NCBI RefSeq assembly: GCF_001194135.2
Contig: NC_068992.1
Location: 33,709,135-33,773,134 of the forward strand
Source of the DNA: Octopus bimaculoides
Lineage: Eukaryota
Direction: 5' to 3'
Length of the DNA stretch: 64,000 nucleotides
The stretch's first letter is position 1; each line of letters begins with the position of its first letter. Below are positions 12,057 to 24,361 of this stretch, piece by piece. Under the pieces are notes generated by a model, which was not told the DNA's origin, did not search any database, and was given only the letters and a program-made list of their open reading frames with translations. The position numbers and the translations under genes were made by a program.

Positions 12057-13787
12057 TCACCGAGGGGTTTGTATGTTAAGAAGTGTTTTGAATTTCTCTA
12101 TAAAAAGATTCTCCTTGTTGATTCTTTCTTGTGTAGAGATTCTATCTTTACATTGATAGAAAGGGAATATAAGGAATTTAGGGTTTTTATTTCTGGCACC
12201 TTCAAGTAGGTAGGGGCAGGTACCACAGTTAGGGCGTACACATTTTTTAACTGATGGGGGTGGAAGTGGTGTGTGTAGTTTGGCATTAGTTAAGAGTTTT
12301 TTCAAAGATTTGTGTTGCCTTTTGCATTTAAGGACTTTGTGTGTATTGATGATATTGTTCATTTTCGGGTCTGTGGTGAGTAAGGGGAAGTTTTGTTTGA
12401 TTGTGGTGTATGCTGCGATGTTTTGGGGGTTGTGGGTGGAGATGTATGGAAGTATTTGGGGGTTGGGTGTGTTATTGTGTTGGTTGGTTTTCAGTGTGTT
12501 TTTGTCAAGTTCCTTGGCACGTTTTATTCCAAAGTCTATGAGTGTGGAGGGATATTGGCGTTGCAACAGTGTTTTTTTGAGATCTNNNNNNNNNNTGAGT
12601 GTGGAGGGATATTGGCGTTGCAACAGTGTTTTTTTGAGATCTTGTAAGCGTATTTCTCGAGTGGTTGGGTCAGAGACAATGGTGCAAATTCTTTTAGCTA
12701 AATTGAAGGGGATATTTATCTTAGTGTGTTTTGGGTGGAATGAGCTGAATAGGAGGTATTGTTGTGAATCTGTAGGTTTGTGGTAGATGTCGGTTGTGAT
12801 TTGGTTATTAGGTGTTTTTATAATTAGGAGATCAAGAAAAGGGAGATGATGTTTGCTGAATTCCATAGTGAATTGAATGCTGGGATGTATGTTGTTAAGT
12901 ATCGTCTTGAATTCTAGAAGTTTTTCATAGGATTCCTTCCATATGATGAAACAATCATCCAAGTATCTTTTCCAGTTATCCATTAAGTAGATGTGGAAAA
13001 GGTGTCCAAATTTCTGGCGTGAAATCTCATAAAGTGATAATTCAAAAAAACCCATTATGAGGTTCACAAGGGCTGGTGCAGCTTTGGTACCCATCGCGAT
13101 ACCACATTTTTGGCAAAAGTATGTGTTTGGAAACAGGAAGTAATTATTGGTCAAAATGAACTTAAGTGATTCTGTAATGAAGGTTGTGCTGATGCGATTA
13201 GGAAATGCTTCTGGGTGTTTCTCCAGCCAGAATTTAATTGCCTCAATAGCAAATTCATGAGGGATATTTGTATATAGGTTGATCACGTCAAAAGAAACCA
13301 AGAGTGCCTCCTTGTTTGTTGTTTTGGGGAGGTGCTTGAGCATGTCAAGATCATCTCTAATGAAACTTTTGATGTGACTTAGGAAAGATTTCCAAAAAAT
13401 GTCCAGGAAATTGCTTAAGTGGTGTGTTTTGCATGAGGTGCCTGCTATAATGGGTCTTAGTTTTAAGTCTTCTGGTGCCTTGATGTTGATGGAGATGTCA
13501 GAGGAGAGTTAGCAGGCTTCGGTGATGGATTTGTTTTTATGGATTTTAGGGAGGCCATAGAAGAGGCTGGGCTTGCATTTGAAATTAATGATATAATCCT
13601 TTTCTTTGTCTGTGAGTCCTTGATCATGTTGGAGTGTAAGGGTGGTGAGGTTTTTGAGAGTTTTTTGTTGTTTATAGTTAGTGATAATTTCATAGAAAGA
13701 GTTGTCGTTTAGTAAGGAAAGTACTAGGTGTTTGTAAAAATCTCTGTCCATTAGGACTACAGTGCTACCTTTGTCAGCTTTGTTCAT
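12057..13787 (-). pseudogene. PLE reverse transcriptase, frameshifted, GIY-YIG core deleted
   Basis: ORFs 13509-13787 and 12057-13343 contain all PLE RT motifs. After CGTCPYLLEG the sequence jumps to the EN tail (FPFYQC..RINKENLFIEKFKTLLN) with no GIY or YIG motif. Confidence 0.8.
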
Positions 13788-16700
13788 AGTAAGGCTTTTG
13801 TCCTGTTGTAAGTCTCTTACATTTTTCCATTCTTTGCTCTTAAAGTTTGATTTGACCTTGGTTTTGGGTGGAGTAAAAGGGAAACTCTGGATGCTTTTGT
13901 TTTTAATAATTGAATCATCCTCATTGTTGAGGTCTATAAAAGCTTCTGTTAAACGAAGCTTTCTGCAAAATTCTGAAATGTCATCCTTGATCTCAGGAGG
14001 GTTGGGTGTTCTTGGGGTGGGTGTGAATTTTAAGCCTCTGGCTAGGATGTTAATTTGGGTTTGTGTAAGGGTTTTATTAGAGATATTTATTATTTTAGTT
14101 TTTTTTTTATGGGTCTGTNNNNNNNNNNNNNNNNNNNNNNNNNNNNNNNNNNNNNNNNNNNNNNNNNNNNNNNNNNNNNNNNNNNNNNNNNNNNNNNNNN
14201 NNNNNNNNNNNNNNNNNNNNNNNNNNNNNNNNNNNNNNNNNNNNNNNNNNNNNNNNNNNNNNNNNNNNNNNNNNNNNNNNNNNNNNNNNNNNNNNNNNNN
14301 NNNNNNNNNNNNNNNNNNNNNNNNNNNNNNNNNNNNNNNNNNNNNNNNNNNNNNNNNNNNNNNNNNNNNNNNNNNNNNNNNNNNNNNNNNNNNNNNNNNN
14401 NNNNNNGGGTTTGTGGTGTGGTTTGGGGTGGTGTTTGAGGGGAGCAGTGGTAGTATGTATTATAGGTCCTTTTATGAAGGGGTTTTTTGATTTGAGGTTT
14501 AATATGAATTGTGTTTCATAGTTGTGGAAGAATTTTTTGTTGTTTTCCCAGTGTTTAAGGGAAGTTAGTTCTTCCTTTTGGCATTCATCTTTCCACAGCT
14601 TAATAACATGTTCGAGGGATTGCTCATTGGAGTGTGTGGTAAGTTTTAAGAGCATCTCATCATCTATTTTTGTTCGTGATTTTGTACTCTGAGTTTTAAA
14701 AGTTCCACTTCAGTTTTCATTTTTTCTGATGTCAGTTTTTCTCTTAGGGAGCATTGTCCTTCTGGTTCATCTATGATGTGTTTAATTTGGAATTTATGGG
14801 GTAGTATGATGGGGGAAGAGTTTAACCATTTGTCGTAAATTTCAGCTTTGTTGTGGTTTTTAAGCATGTTCCAGAAAAGGAGTTTTCTATTGTGCAGTTT
14901 CTTGGTTCAGGTAGTGTTGATCTGGTTTTTAATGTGTTGTGTTGGAGTTGAAATGCGTTCATTCTGTGAGTTGGATGGTGTATGTGGGTCCTTCCATGAT
15001 GGAAAGTAAAGGTTTTTAGTGTAGTGCTAATTTCATTTTGGTTTTCATTAACCTTATCCGAAAGATGTTGATGAGGGTTGTTTTCTGGGATATCTTGGGT
15101 TTGAAGAAGTTCATTATGTGTTTTGAGTTCTTTTAGGATGATGTCATTGGTGACTTTCTCTGGAAGATTTGAGTTATTTTGGGGTGGCATTTTGTATCAC
15201 ACGTGTTGTAGAAGGTACAAGTCAGTAAATGGTAGGGTTGTGTTAACCACATGTAGAGAAATAATAGGAAAATAAAAATTAATAATAAGGTAGAATGCTA
15301 AACTGAACACATATTTTAATATAGATGTATATAAGGAGGATTAAAAAGGATTTCTAACCAGCTTTCGATGCATGGCAAATTTTCAAGAAGAGGGAGAATG
15401 TAAATGTTTTTTACAAAAAAGTGAAAAATAATATATAAAAAAATCTCAATGCCCCCCACTCTCACACCAATAACAAACAAGGAATCCTACCCACACCTAT
15501 ACATAAATCTCCCACCCAAGGAACCCCATACCGACCACCCAACCAACACCCACAATCATACCACTTTTCTTCCTACAGATCTTCATACCCACGCTACTTA
15601 CACCACTTCCTGCTTAACACATAAACTTTCAACCCCATTTTTTTAAACACAACTTTTAATTCCATGCATCCTAATCTTTTTAACAATTATCTACATGGAT
15701 TACCATTGAACTTTAAAAGCTCAAAGACAATATAATGTATTGGTATATTTATTTTTTTATATATTATTTTTTCATGTATTTTTTNNNNNNNNNNNNNNNN
15801 NNNNNNNNNNNNNNNNNNNNNNNNNNNNNNNNNNNNNNNNNNNNNNNNNNNNNNNNNNNNNNNNNNNNNNNNNNNNNNNNNNNNNNNNNNNNNNNNNNNN
15901 NNNNNNNNNNNNNNNNNNNNNNNNNNNNNNNNNNNNNNNNNNNNNNNNNNNNNNNNNNNNNNNNNNNNNNNNNNNNNNNNNNNNNNNNNNNNNNNNNNNN
16001 NNNNNNNNNNNNNNNNNNNNNNNNNNNNNNNNNNNNNNNNNNNNNNNNNNNNNNNNNNNNNNNNNNNNNNNNNNNNNNNNNNNNNNNNNNNNNNNNNNNN
16101 NNNNNNNNNNNNNNNNNNNNNNNNNNNNNNNNNNNNNNNNNNNNNNNNNNNNNNNNNNNNNNNNNNNNNNNNNNNNNNNNNNNNNNNNNNNNNNNNNNNN
16201 NNNNNNNNNNNNNNNNNNNNNNNNNNNNNNNNNNNNNNNNNNNNNNNNNNNNNNNNNNNNNNNNNNNNNNNNNNNNNNNNNNNNNNNNNNNNNNNNNNNN
16301 NNNNNNNNNNNNNNNNNNNNNNNNNNNNNNNNNNNNNNNNNNNNNNNNNNNNNNNNNNNNNNNNNNNNNNNNNNNNNNNNNNNNNNNNNNNNNNNNNNNN
16401 NNNNNNNNNNNNNNNNNNNNNNNNNNNNNNNNNNNNNNNNNNNNNAGAGAGAGAGAGAGACATACACACACAAATAAATAGATAGATAAAGAGAGAAGTG
16501 GGGAATATATATACAGACACATAACCATATGAAATATTTTTAGCTACAAAATTCTGCTGACAAGGTGTTGGCTAACCGGAGAATATAGTAGCAAAAAATG
16601 TGCCTAAGTTGCCACACAATAGGATTGAACCATGAATCAATTAGCAGTTATTAAGTGAACTTCTTAATGACGCAACCATGCCTGCACTATATTACTGTTT

Positions 16701-17312
16701 CCTCTTAGCAAGTTATGTTTCCCAACTCTGTTTTGATTCTTTATAGCCTTTAAGAAAGATTAAACCATCATAACTCCCCTAACCATTCCAGATTTATGGT
16801 GTATTTCCAAACAAGTTTATATCTCTCTCTAACATTTCTTCAAATCAATATATATAAGACTTAAGAGCAATGAAGTTGGTTGAAATAGAAGAACACCAGA
16901 ATAAATCCCTTGCATTCAAAAGTTTGTGATCAAATTCCTTTAGGTTTGACATTCATGTTACCCTTGTGGATCGAAATAATATGTACCAATATTATACAGA
17001 GATAGTAATATCATACACTTCTTGCTTTGTAAACTGTGACCTTTTGTCAAATCAAAAGAAGCCAATATATTTTCATACTTAAATCACTCGAACTAACCTA
17101 GTCACTGAATAACTGCAGGGTGGCCTCATAAAGAACTAAAGATGCTCATTGAGATTCAAGTATTATTACATTTATCAAAATCTTTATATAAAATCTATCT
17201 TTCTCTTACCAGACTTCCCATATTTGAAACTTTGAATTAATATTCATTCACCATTCTATATTGTAAAAATAGAATAATGAAAATGTTCTACGAATGTTAC
17301 TGGCTTTTGTAG

Positions 17313-17387
17313 GAATCAACATGAAAATGACAGACCTAGTAGGAAGATCGAAGTTATTCTCTAAATATCTTTCTAATGAATGCGGAA
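17313..17387 (+). CDS. Candidate internal exon of an unidentified gene (INMKMTDLVGRSKLFSKYLSNECG)
   Basis: Acceptor ggcttttgtag, strong donor GAA|gtaagt, 75 nt symmetric phase 1-1, open in one frame, in non-repetitive sequence. No homology recognised. Confidence 0.25.
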
Positions 17388-17753
17388 GTAAGTCATTAGT
17401 TTCAAGTTCTTTGACAGACAATGAAAATAGTTCAGCACTATGAATTTGGCAATTGCTTCAAACATCTGGTTTCCATTCACAACTTTGGTCTTAGAAGTGA
17501 AAGATTGTATGACAATTGAACAACACATTTATATTATTTTGAGCATAACACCTCTTAGTGTCTAATAGTCTCCTTTCATGAGAGCTGATTCTTGTAAACA
17601 GTTTACTGTCAAGGCCTGCCAGATAAAAACTAGACTCAATACACAACAAGTGATGTAAAGCAAAAGGAAATATATCTAAAAGAATAATAATGTAAACCTT
17701 TTCAGACAGTCTTTAAATTACACACACACATACACACACACACGTGCGCACGC

Positions 17754-17801
<48 letters not shown>

Positions 17802-19384
17802 GTGTGTATGTGTGTGTGTGTGTGTATTCTTAAAAAAACTGATTTTTCCTTTATATGTTTGCTCTATTTATATTTCAAGAAGTCATGATACGTTTTGGTT
17901 TAGATTCATAAGTTTATATCATGCAACTGAAATCGTGATAAGATAAACTGTTAGCTGGGCAAGTCAATTTAAAAACCTCTGCTTTTGTTTATTGATAACA
18001 GACATAACAATAAAAGGAAATAAACGGTTTAATAGATGAGTGCTCAACTATTCCATTTTATTTTATGGGATTAACTGCAGGATAAAATTAAATTTATAAA
18101 GAAAACTATTGCACTTCACATGAAATTTTACTTTTAAATCATGTTTTAATAGCAGGTACACTATTTAGGTACACTATTTAGTCATAGAATGTTTATAAAT
18201 TCCATAATATATCTAATTAATTCTATATAATTTTGTTTGCTTTAAAGCAGTTTTGGGGTTGTAACACCTAGAGAGAACGTGTAAATTTGACAATTGGAGG
18301 ATCATGATTTTGATGAAATCTCATTCAGCTTTGGTACAATTGCAGTCACATTTGCTATCCACTTATATCATTTATGTATCTAAATAAACACTGAAACAAT
18401 TATCTTAGATGAATGTGGTAATAAATGTATGAGTAAATTACATAACATCATTAGAGAGAATATAAATAAATAAATTAATTAATTCTATGTAAAAACGTAT
18501 ATAAAAGCAATTCATTCTATGTAATAATGAATTAAGAAACTCTAGGGAAAGCTGAACAGCAAAACTTGGATAATAATTTCTAAAAGGCTCTGACTTGAAA
18601 TTGCTATTAGTTTGGTATCTGATCCATTTGTTCTCTCCATAGATGTTTTACTTCTACTTTATGTGTTAGCAATAGTATGATCATTTAGCATGCATGCAAC
18701 ACATATAGGCATTGTCCTTTGAAACGTTATAATTTTTTCATTCAGTAAGTCTATAGAATTTGATGAACGACTTTTTGTTAGGGGTTAACCATTTGAGAGT
18801 ACACAGCTTCTGATTGATATCTTACTTGTGATTCATATGATGATTACATTAAACTTATTCTACTCTATTCCTCATCGATCTTTATATGTCAGATATTATT
18901 TTTAAAACCCAACAGTGCTGTTAGTAAGTTGTATACTACTTTTTGCATGAATTAGGTTCAGTTGATTCAATTTGCTTTGTTTGTGTTGTTTGTTCCTTAA
19001 AACCAGGAAAGACATAGTATAAGTATTAGTTGTATTTACAGGGGGTTAAAAAATATATCATTCTTTACAAACTAGTAAAACTTCCTCTTAAAAATGGTGA
19101 TATTGGATATTCATTTGTTTTCTTACAAAGTACTACAGTCCATTACCCACATTAAATGTTGCCAAGAACATTATGATTATCATTTATTGAGGATGGTGAA
19201 TGAACAGATTTGTTTGAGCAGTGTCTGCTCCAAGTGTTTACATTCTGAGTTCAAATCCTATCAAGGTCAAATTTACATTTCATCATTCTAGGATCATTAA
19301 CATAAAGTGCTAGTCTAGCACTGAGGGCAATATAATCGACTTGCCCCATTCACTCAAAATTGCTGACATTGTTCCAAATTTAGA

Positions 19385-19750
19385 AAGAATTATTATTACC
19401 TCCACCTTTGCGAAGGCGGAAGTATTGTTTTCAGTCATGTTTGTTTGTTTGTCCATGGACAAGATATCTCAAGAACCGCTGGATGAATTCGGATGTAATT
19501 TTCAGAGATGTTTGGCCTTATGACTGGCACAAACCGATTAGATTTGGGGATCAATCTGGTACTGGACAAGGATTATGGATTATTTGTTATATTTACTTTA
19601 CTTTACAGGAAGTATTACGATCTTACGTTCACTTTCAAGTCTTTCTCTGATTATCTCCCTTGAAAGTACATTCATGATTTCCACGTAAGTTATGGCAGCA
19701 TTGCTGTTTCCAAAGTTTTATTTTCATTTCTCTAATATTAATTTTACTCG
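19385..19750 (+). mobile_element. Non-autonomous Helentron/DINE-1-like element; partial second piece near 20170-20225
   Basis: 5' hairpin attacctccacctttgcgaaggcggaag, (GTTT)n-GTCC microsatellite, then gatatctcaagaaccgctggatg..aattttcagagatg; gggatc(a/g)atc..gtac..gacaaggatt recurs at 19548 and 20173. Confidence 0.55.
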
Positions 19751-19949
19751 TGTCTCTATCTTAGTAGAAACTGATGGATAAAGAAATCAAACTACATAAA
19801 CAAATGACAGCAAAACCGTCCAGAAATTAAATAATACTAACATATTCAGTAACAATAATAAATTTAATCTATCCTCGACAATTTTTAGTTCTACCAATTT
19901 TGAATATATCGCTCCTGTTTAAAACCTCTTACCTACTTGACAGTTACAT

Positions 19950-20110
19950 TTCTAGCTCTACCTTGACGAAGCTTTACCACATGGACTCCCATTTTCTTTC
20001 ATGCACGGATAAATTTTTCACTATAGACTTTAATGGTCATAAAAACACTATATCAGTGGATAGCCTAAAAAACGTCTTCATAGAGAAAACTGTCCCTGTT
20101 CCCATTGACG
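19950..20110 (+). mobile_element. Ty3/gypsy integrase C-terminal remnant
   Basis: DKFFTIDFNGHKNTISVDSLKNVFIE resembles the gypsy integrase tail F.ID.NG....S.DRLK. Confidence 0.45.
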
Positions 20111-20479
20111 ACACTCACACAGCATTACATACACAGCCCACATACCTACCTTCACATTCCATGAATACTATTGGGATCGATCAGGTACCAGACAAGGATT
20201 CTCGATTATTTTTCAGGTCTTTTTTTAGAGTGGCCGGGTTCAATTTTAATATTCTCGTTTGTGAGAATAGTCAAGTTTATTTCAGATATTCTCATTTTAA
20301 AAATCATCTCTACTAGTCACTGAAAAGACGTTGGTGTTGCCTTGGTGGAGGTTTGTTCTCTCTAAGTGCTCTTGTTATCATTATTATCATTATTATTAGT
20401 GTTATGGGAGTTGTTGTTGTTGCTGTTGTTATGCAATAACTGATATGCCAACTGAATTAGCTGGGATTTGTCCTGATGT

Positions 20480-20780
20480 TTACTAATGACAAATTTCCTC
20501 AAATCTCAAGAATCTTTCTTAGAATTCTTGCAGAATACAAGGTGTCACTTTCTGAAGGTCAACAGTATAGCTCTTAATTTCAATATCCTTCAGCATCTTA
20601 GACAGCCTATGAGTGTTGTGCCAAGTGCACCAATTATCACAGGAACATTTACCATATTTGTGTTTAATAATCTTTCCATATCTCAGGTTAGGTCCTGATA
20701 TTTCTCAATTTTCTTGATTTATTTAATAGCCACTCTACTATCACATAGCTTTGCAAAGTCTGTAGTTTTTCATCTTTCTC
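20480..20780 (-). mobile_element. RLE endonuclease tail of a non-LTR element; related piece at about 30730-31230
   Basis: Minus-strand KKIEKYQDL..VPVIIGALGT motif. Confidence 0.6.
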
Positions 20781-20849
20781 CTCCACTTTCTATTGTTGTT
20801 GTTGTTGTTGTTGTTGTTATTATTATTAGTATTATTACTATTATTATTA

Positions 20850-21155
20850 AGGCGGCGAGCTGAGTGAATTGTTAGCATGTCGGGTGAAATGCTTAGTGGT
20901 ATTTTATCTGTCACTACATTCTGAGTTCACATTCTGCTGAGGTCAACTTTGCCTTTCATCCTTCCGGGAATCAATAAACTAAGTCCCAGTTGAGTACTGG
21001 GGTTGATGCAATCGACTTATCCCCTCCCATAAAATGTCAGGCCTCGTACCTTTAGTAGAAAGGATTGTTGTTGTTACTATTAAGATAGTGAGCTGGCAGA
21101 ATCATTAGCATGCTTAATGGTATTTTGTCCATCTTTACATTCTGAGTTCAAATTC
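20850..21155 (+). mobile_element. SINE copies (family also at about 30190, 41755, and partly 19235)
   Basis: Shared gagctg..gaat..ttagca..gaaatgcttag..gtatt..tct..acattctgagttca..ctgaggtcaactttgcctttcatcct..ataa..aagt.ccagt..gtactgg..gtagaaaggattatt. Confidence 0.75.
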
Positions 21156-21431
21156 ACTATTTTTGTCATCTTTACCACACAATCTCTATCAAGATTTCCA
21201 GTATAAATGATGGAGATGAGACTTGGTGTTCACATCACCAAAACACAAACAAGTTTTCAACATTGATGATATAAGGAAAGCAAAACAGAAATTTGACCAA
21301 TCATTTGAAACTCGATGGGGGAAAAAAAGGCAAATTTTGTCTTCTTTAATACTAAACTGAGGGGTATTAAACATAAGATATATATTAAAGGGGATAACAA
21401 GTCCCCCATTATTATTATTATTATTACTATA

Positions 21432-24315
21432 TGTTTGACTTTTGCTTTGTATTTGTACATGTTGGCTCCAAGTCTCACCCAGAGACCTAAAGAGACAAAA
21501 TGTTAGAAGTTCATGTTGGTGTTTTGCCTAGGGTGTCATATATTTGGTTTTGCACATAGTATTGTTCTAGAGAATTTTTAAGAAAAAATTAAAAAATTAT
21601 ATGAATTTGTTTTAAAATTTGAGATTACATAGACAGTATTTTACATAGGATATGGGCAGTTCCCATGAGCACTATCTTTTGAATTTCTGCCATTTTGGGG
21701 TTTCCTGGTGTCTCAGCTAGGTAGCAATCATCCCCTTTTGCTATCATTCCTAGGGCACTTATGACAACAGGTATTGTTTTAGTCTTGAGGTTCCACATTT
21801 TGCCAATTTCTATTTCAAGATCTTTATATTTGATCAGTTTTCGGTAGGTCTTGACAGATGTATTTATATCGATTGGGACAGTCATATCAATGAGGAGGCA
21901 TGATTTTTGTCAGAAGTCTTTCAATATAATGTCTGGCCTATTCACATTTGTCTTTCTGTCAATTTGAATGGTGAAGTTCCAGAGGAGTGAGATGTGATAT
22001 TTTTCAAGTACTGGAGGTGATTTGTGTTCCCACCAGTTTTTATCATGGAGCAGGTCCAGGATTTTGAAAATTACCCAGTGAATATATTGTGCTGCTCTGT
22101 CATGCCTGTTGAGATACTCTGTAGGTGCAAGAAGACTGCACATGGAGGCAACATGATCAATGGTTTCATTTTGTTGTTGACATACATGACATGTTAGGCA
22201 GCTGCTGTTCTTTAATATGTTGGCCTGGTAGTTTCTTGTAGGTAGGCATTGACCTTGGGCTGCTATGATAAACCCTTCTGTTTCATTTTTTAAGCTGGAA
22301 GCCACTAACCATTGATGGGTAAGGGTTTTGTCAACTTCGGTACTATTAGCTCTCTTTGGGTATTTGCCATTGAAAGGTTTTTTTTTGCCATTTATCAGTA
22401 AGAATATCAAAGGTAGCAGTTTTAGCACAGGTCTTCATATGCTTAGCTTTCTCTGTGCTTGTTTTTAGTACATCTAATTCTGGAATTTGTTGCATTTGGA
22501 ATTCACTCAGATATTCCTTTGCTTGTTTTGTTACTGAATGTGATGCTTTCTTCTTTTCATACATTGAGATAAGTTTTAACATCCAGTCATCAGAGTTTTT
22601 CAGGTAGCTGTCTTGGCCAATTGTATCAATCTTCATTGTTAGTTCCAGTTGTAAAAGTCCATAGCCTCCCTCTTTTCATGGCAGATAAAGTTGTTCTATA
22701 TCTGCCTTAGGGTGGTGCATTCTATGCATTGTCAACAATTTTCGTACTTTCCTGTCAAGATTACATATTTCAGTAATTGACCAGTTAATGATATTGAAGC
22801 TGTAAGTCACGACCGGTATGGCTAAAGTATTGATTCCTTCGATCCTGTTTCTTGCATTCAGCTCTGTCTTGAATATTGCCCTTACCGTGCGATAACATTG
22901 TCTCCTGATCCTTTCCTTCATCACTGAATGTTTGATTCCATCCTCTTCAAATGCCCGTAGGCACTTGCAGCTCTCCACTGATTCTAATTGCTTTATGACA
23001 TTCTGCTAGTCAAGATTAACATTGGATGTTACTGACATTTTTACTTTGATAAAGATAGCTTTTGTACATTTATCAAGGCCAAATTGCATCCTCATGTCAT
23101 AATTGAATTGTTTAACAATTGCTAGTAAGCCCTGTAGTTGTTGGTCATTTTTTGCAAAGAGCTTTAAATCATCCATATAAATGAGATGATTTATATTTTT
23201 ATCAAACATTTTATACCCATATTGTACATCATTGAGCAATTTTGAGAGAAGTATTAAGGCTAGACAAAAGAAGAATTGTGATAGAGAGTCACCCTGGAAA
23301 ATGCCACATTAATTTCTTACATCTCAACATTAAGAGATTCATTGTCACTGTTCAAAGTCAGTGTAGTTTTTCATGATCTCATACTTACTGACAAAAAGTT
23401 TCACAGAATAGGTGCTATTTTATACATGTCCAGACATTTCTTAATCTAGCTATGTTCTAGACTATCAAAAGCTTTTTTATAGTCTGTCCAGGCTATTGAC
23501 AAACTTTTGTGTTGTCTGTGACAATCTTCCAAGATCATCTTATTGATGAGTAGCTGACCTTTACAACCACAGGACCCACATTTACATCATTCTTGCACAT
23601 TAGGGAACATGCCACTTTCTATAAATAAACTATAGGTATATTCATTCAAGATAAATATTAGCATTTTATACATTGTTAAGCAGATTATGGGTCTATAATT
23701 TTTTGGTTCATTTATTTCTTCATTTTTTGGAAGTAGGAATGTAACATCATTAACTAGCCAAGATGGAATCATACTAGGTTGTTGCAAAGTTTTGTTAGCA
23801 GTTCATGGCTCTCTGGGAAGACATTCAACCAGAAGTTAGGAATTTTATCTTTTCCTGGAGACTTCCATTTGCTTGACTCCCTCAGGAGCAGATCTTACAT
23901 CCTCTACCTTGATACTCTCCCACTTTTACTCTACTAAGGAGTCTAAGTCAGTAGATATTCTATCAATCCAAGAGGCCTTTTCATTGTTTTTTCTTCTGCC
24001 CAAATTTTATTCCAAAAATTCCTGCACTTCTTTTGATGGGACAGACTTTACTGTAACTGGTATATTTCCTATCTTTCTGTAAAAGTTTTTGGGTTATTTT
24101 TTAACATGTTGTTGTCCTTGAAAAATCTAACGCACTTTTCATACGTTGCTATGTGGGCAGCTTTAGCTCATACCTATTGCTTGATGGTTTCTATGGTGGT
24201 ATCGATGTCAAATATGGTTTTCATATCATATTTTTCTTTAATTTTCGGTTTTTTGTTGGTTTGATAGTCTTGTCAAACTTAAAGCTTTTTAAACATTCTA
24301 TGTTAGACCTAAGAA
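21432..24315 (-). mobile_element. Decayed R4/Dong-like RLE non-LTR retrotransposon
   Basis: KNYRPIICL, IYMDDLKLFA, INTLAIPVVTYSF, MHRMHHPKAD, HQWL..LKNETEGFIIAAQ, C..C..ETIDHVASMC..EYLNRHD, LLWNFTIQIDRK..NRPD, KYKDLEIEIGKMW..IPVVISALG. Ends in an (AAT)n tail. Confidence 0.9.
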
Positions 24316-24361
24316 GCTGTATTATTATTACTATTATTACTATTATTATTATTATTATTAT

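Larger units (their letters stand above)
11527..15784 (-). mobile_element. Near-full-length Penelope-like (Neptune-type) element with direct pLTRs and an inverted pLTR piece
   Basis: RT ORF 12057-13343 (FDVINLYTNIP, GIAMGTKAAP, RYLDDCF, LPFLDL, DIYHKPTD, CVRPNCGTCP) and FYGLPKIHK at 13509-13787. Direct repeats 11527-11768 and 15219-15444. 15600-15784 is the reverse complement of about 11730-11915. Confidence 0.9.

Noticed and set aside
12596-12640. Duplicated DLKKTLLQRQYPSTL in the RT ORF
   Set aside because: Exact repeat across a 10-N gap; assembly artefact.
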